A stretch of DNA of 64,000 nt from Sulfolobales archaeon (GTDB taxonomy: Archaea > Thermoproteota > Thermoprotei_A > Sulfolobales > AG1), in the NCBI GenBank assembly GCA_038867615.1, contig JAWBYA010000001.1:480001-544000 (forward strand), read 5' to 3'. Both the position numbers and the translations under genes were made by a program. Of this stretch, positions 60,424-64,000 are shown one piece after another. Each line of letters starts with the position of its first letter. Within the stretch, counting starts at the first letter, position 1. The notes under the pieces are model-generated. The model had not been told where the DNA came from, did no database searches, and saw nothing but the letters and a program-made list of their open reading frames with translations.

Positions 60424-61950
60424 TTGAACATAGAAATGCTGAACATATCAAAGACATTTGGTTCTTTAAAAGCTCTCGACGGGGTCTCGATCACCATAAA
60501 GTCGGGAGAAGTGCTCGGACTTTTAGGAGAGAATGGGGCTGGGAAGAGCACCCTTATGAACATACTCTTCGGACTATATAGAATGGATTCAGGTGAGATA
60601 AGGATCGATGGCAAGCCTGTTAAGATAAGCTCCCCAAAAGACGCTATAGAGAAAGGGATCTTTATGGTTCACCAGCAGTTCAAACTAATACCTAGCTACA
60701 CAGCGCTGGAGAATATAGTGATAAACATGCATAGAGGGCTCGGATCTCTTACGAGGAGGAATCCTAAGGCTGAGAGGGAGACGGTTGAGAAGATACTGAG
60801 AAGCCTTAACTTCGAAGTACCCTTGGATAGGAGGGTTGATAGCCTATCCCTCGGGACTCAGCAGAAGATCGAGATCCTAAAGGCCTTGGTACGAGGCGCC
60901 AGGGTATTGATACTCGACGAACCGACAACAAACCTAACCCCTGGCGAGGTTGACGAGCTCTTCCAAGCGATAAAAAGACTGAAGGAGAACGGCGTTGGTA
61001 TTGTGTTCATAACCCACAAGCTTAGAGAGGTTCTAGAGATAACCGATAGGATTGTTATTCTTAGGAAGGGGAGGAAGGTTGGGGAGAGGATAACCAGCGC
61101 GGTCTCACCCTCAGAGCTTATAGAACTCATGGTGGGAGCGAGGATGGAGAGCATATACCCTGAACTGCAGCCTACAAAGGGCTATGGGGAGATAGTGCTG
61201 GCGGTAAGGGATCTATGGCTTGTTGAGGGAGGTTTGGCACGGGTTAGAGGGGTATCGTTATCGATCAGGAGGGGCGAGATCTATGGTATAGCTGGTGTTG
61301 CGGGCAATGGTCAGAGCGAGCTGATGGATCTCCTGATAGGCTATAGGCGCCCTTCCAAGGGATATATAGAGCTCGAGGGTAGGGAGATAACAGTCCTAAA
61401 CCCTCTGGAGAGGATCTCCCTCGGTTTGAGATTTATTCCAGAGGATCGGGTGAGGGACGGGGTGCTGCCCTCGATGCCTATATATCTCAACGCGATCTTA
61501 GGTGATCACAGGGCGGCCCCTTATTCAAGAGGCGTGTTTCTAGATATGGAGGCTGTTAGGGAGAGGGCATTAAGGATAGTGAAAACCCTTAGAGTAGACA
61601 CACCAAGCATCTATAAAATAGCTGGAAGGCTTAGTGGGGGAAATCTCCAAAAACTTATCGTGGGTAGAGCGCTCGACACCCTTCCCAAGGTTCTGATAGC
61701 CTATAGCCCCACTAGGGGCTTGGATCTCGCTACATCGAGGTATGTTTTAGAGAGAATAGTTGAGCTGAGGGAGAAAGGAGTGGCGGTGCTATATATTGGA
61801 GAGGATCTTGATGAGCTGCTTAGCATAAGCGATAGGCTTAGCGTGATCTATAAGGGCGAGCTTATGGGTGAGCTTGAGAGGAGCAGGTTCTCGAAAGATC
61901 TTGTGGGGAAGATGATGGCTGGCTATAGATTAGAGGAGGTGGCTGGCTAG
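60424..61950 (+). CDS. Nucleoside/sugar ABC transporter ATPase (two NBDs)
   Basis: GENGAGKSTL, GVAGNGQ, LSGGNLQK. Confidence 0.95.
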   Translation: MNIEMLNISKTFGSLKALDGVSITIKSGEVLGLLGENGAGKSTLMNILFGLYRMDSGEIRIDGKPVKISSPKDAIEKGIFMVHQQFKLIPSYTALENIVINMHRGLGSLTRRNPKAERETVEKILRSLNFEVPLDRRVDSLSLGTQQKIEILKALVRGARVLILDEPTTNLTPGEVDELFQAIKRLKENGVGIVFITHKLREVLEITDRIVILRKGRKVGERITSAVSPSELIELMVGARMESIYPELQPTKGYGEIVLAVRDLWLVEGGLARVRGVSLSIRRGEIYGIAGVAGNGQSELMDLLIGYRRPSKGYIELEGREITVLNPLERISLGLRFIPEDRVRDGVLPSMPIYLNAILGDHRAAPYSRGVFLDMEAVRERALRIVKTLRVDTPSIYKIAGRLSGGNLQKLIVGRALDTLPKVLIAYSPTRGLDLATSRYVLERIVELREKGVAVLYIGEDLDELLSISDRLSVIYKGELMGELERSRFSKDLVGKMMAGYRLEEVAG

Positions 61951-62975
61951 TGGGGGCAGCGGGGGTAATAGATCTGAGGGCTCTTATTTATTACTCCATA
62001 GCCATCCTGGTATCCATAAGCGTTGTTGGAGCCACGCTAGCCATTATGGGGTATGACATTGTCCAGGGCTATGTATCGTTCCTCTTCTCAGGATTCATAG
62101 ATATAAGATCCCTGGGTCTCTTCTCAGTTAAGTTCACATCCCTCTATCTATTGGGGCTGGCGTTTTCAATACCCCTAGCCGCCAGGAGATTCAATGTTGG
62201 TAACGAGGGTCAGTTTCTCCTAGGAGCTATCGGGGCATCTATAGCGGGGATCTTGTTTGGAGACATCCCAGCATTTATACTGATCCCGGCGGTCTTGCTG
62301 TTCTCAGTACTGCTTGGGCTATTATGGTCATCAATCCCGGCCTTGTTGCTATATGTTTTCAAAGTCAACGAGATTGTGTCGACAATCCTTCTCAACTTCA
62401 TAGCATTCCAGCTTGTGAATTACGTAGCCCTCAGCCCCTTGCGCGATGTCTTCGCGGGCCATCCGATGACGATCCCGATATCCGAGTCGGCAAGGCTTTC
62501 AAGTCTTATAGGAGGATCCTCATTAAATGCCGGGCTTTCAATAGCCATAGTGTGTGGGGTTATCATCTATATATACACCTACAGGACCGTATATGGTTAC
62601 GAGCTACAGGCGGCTGGAGCCAACCCTATAGCGGCGTCTAAGCATGGGATAAACGCTAAAGTGCTGGGGCCCATGTCACTAGCAATTGGGGGTGTTTTTG
62701 CAGGCTTAGCAGGAGGTATAGAGGTTGCTGGGTATCACTATAGGCTTATAGAGGGTATGCAGGGCTTCTACGCGCCCCTCTCCATAATAGCAGCCCTTAT
62801 GGCTAAGGGTGATCCCCGGTATCTCTTGCTCTCATCATTCTACGTAACACTGGTTGATATAGGATCGAGCGCTCTTCAGAGAACCCTCGGGGTTCCCGCA
62901 GAGCTCTCTCTAATCATAGCTGGGTTATCAATGCTGCTGATAATGATCGCTGAGTATGTTAAAGAGAGGCGATGA
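61950..62975 (+). CDS. ABC permease
   Basis: FNVGNEGQ, NEIVSTILLNFIA. Confidence 0.92.
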   Translation: MGAAGVIDLRALIYYSIAILVSISVVGATLAIMGYDIVQGYVSFLFSGFIDIRSLGLFSVKFTSLYLLGLAFSIPLAARRFNVGNEGQFLLGAIGASIAGILFGDIPAFILIPAVLLFSVLLGLLWSSIPALLLYVFKVNEIVSTILLNFIAFQLVNYVALSPLRDVFAGHPMTIPISESARLSSLIGGSSLNAGLSIAIVCGVIIYIYTYRTVYGYELQAAGANPIAASKHGINAKVLGPMSLAIGGVFAGLAGGIEVAGYHYRLIEGMQGFYAPLSIIAALMAKGDPRYLLLSSFYVTLVDIGSSALQRTLGVPAELSLIIAGLSMLLIMIAEYVKERR

Positions 62976-63910
62976 TCTTGATGGACGTTGTTGGACAGCT
63001 ACTAGGATATTTAATGCTCATGATACCCCCATATGCTCTAGCAAGTCTAGGCATAATGCTTGGTGGAAGGGTTGGCTTGTTTAATGTGAGCGGTGAGGGC
63101 TTAATGCTGCTCACAGCCAGTATTGCGTTCCTAACAACCTACTATACCGGGAGCGCGGCTCTCGGGGTTCTGAGCAGCCTTGCTGTGGGAGCGCTATTCG
63201 GAGCCGTGTTTGCTGTCTTTTCCGAGAGGTTGAAGATTAATCAATTCATAGTAGGGCTAACCATGTTCATACTAGCTCTAGGACTTGGTAGCTTTCTCTA
63301 TAAGATATTGATAGGAGTGGTTCTCACACCCCCCAGGATAGGGGTTCTGCCAGGACTCCCAATACCTCTTCTAGCCGATATCCCGGTGGTAGGTCAGGCT
63401 ATATTTGCCCAGAATATCCTGGTATATATAACGATAGTGATAGCCCTAGCCCTACACTACTTCCTATTCTCAACAGGGTTTGGGCTTAGCGTGAGATCTA
63501 TAGGGGAGTCACCGAGGGTTGCCGATGTTCTTGGTGTTAATGTAATGCTATATAGATACCTATTCACAATAATGGGGGGCATGTTGATCGGACTGGCTGG
63601 GGCATATCTACCCCTGTGCTTCACAGGCTCGTTTACAGACACCATTGTTGGGGGTAGGGGTTGGATAGCAATAGCGATAACGATTTTTGGTAGGTGGAGC
63701 CCTCTACAGATCCTGCTGGGATCCATGGTGTTCGGCGGCATAGATGTTATTAACTACTGGTTACAGGTGCAGAGGGTACCAATACCATATCAATTCCTAC
63801 AGATGCTGCCCTTCGCGGTAACTCTCGCAATACTTATTAGAATCTCTAGGAGGGCTGAGATGCCACTGGCCATTGGCAGGGCTTATGATAGAGAGGCGAT
63901 AGAGGAATAA
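62972..63910 (+). CDS. ABC permease
   Basis: GLFNVSGEG, GESPRVAD, GRGWIAIAITIFGRW. Confidence 0.92.
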   Translation: MILMDVVGQLLGYLMLMIPPYALASLGIMLGGRVGLFNVSGEGLMLLTASIAFLTTYYTGSAALGVLSSLAVGALFGAVFAVFSERLKINQFIVGLTMFILALGLGSFLYKILIGVVLTPPRIGVLPGLPIPLLADIPVVGQAIFAQNILVYITIVIALALHYFLFSTGFGLSVRSIGESPRVADVLGVNVMLYRYLFTIMGGMLIGLAGAYLPLCFTGSFTDTIVGGRGWIAIAITIFGRWSPLQILLGSMVFGGIDVINYWLQVQRVPIPYQFLQMLPFAVTLAILIRISRRAEMPLAIGRAYDREAIEE

Positions 63911-64000
63911 GGGATTTGGAACCGTGTGGGCTATACCTAGCACTCCCTAACCTCTATCCCAATACCCCTGGTTATGATCTCTCTGACTATATATTCTATA

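Noticed and set aside
1-64000. cas genes, intact tnpA/tnpB, integrase or prophage
   Set aside because: No ORF shows the required motifs; any partners of the repeat/MITE loci must act in trans.

Overview
64-kb window from a hyperthermophilic crenarchaeon (Thermoprotei-like: PAN/PAC2 cluster, archaeal adenylate kinase, PaREP1, TATA promoters, 24-nt ...ATTGAAAG CRISPR repeat). Housekeeping and transport genes (MoxR/DUF58 cluster, TAXI-TRAP, ECF, BMP ABC, HtrA, acyl-CoA ligase) are mixed with a glycosylation/dTDP-sugar island, decayed toxin-antitoxin genes and many small mobile-element remnants. The most striking signal is a family of non-autonomous IS607/TnpB-derived mini-elements with a CTGTT left end, a TATA box and a covarying RNA fold. 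One full copy (57434-57780) cleanly splits a gene. Two other copies (5433-5644, 55916-56121) are fused at the same internal position to a CRISPR repeat. The same repeat also forms an orphan copy (5790) and a degenerate mini-array (7753-7965), and there are no cas genes in the window. Other notable items: a fluoride (crcB)-type riboswitch ahead of an uncharacterised coiled-coil gene, a second MITE family disrupting an ATPase, a tnpB relic, and a candidate ATPase+nuclease defence pair. All calls are made by eye from the sequence and ORF track; no searches were run.
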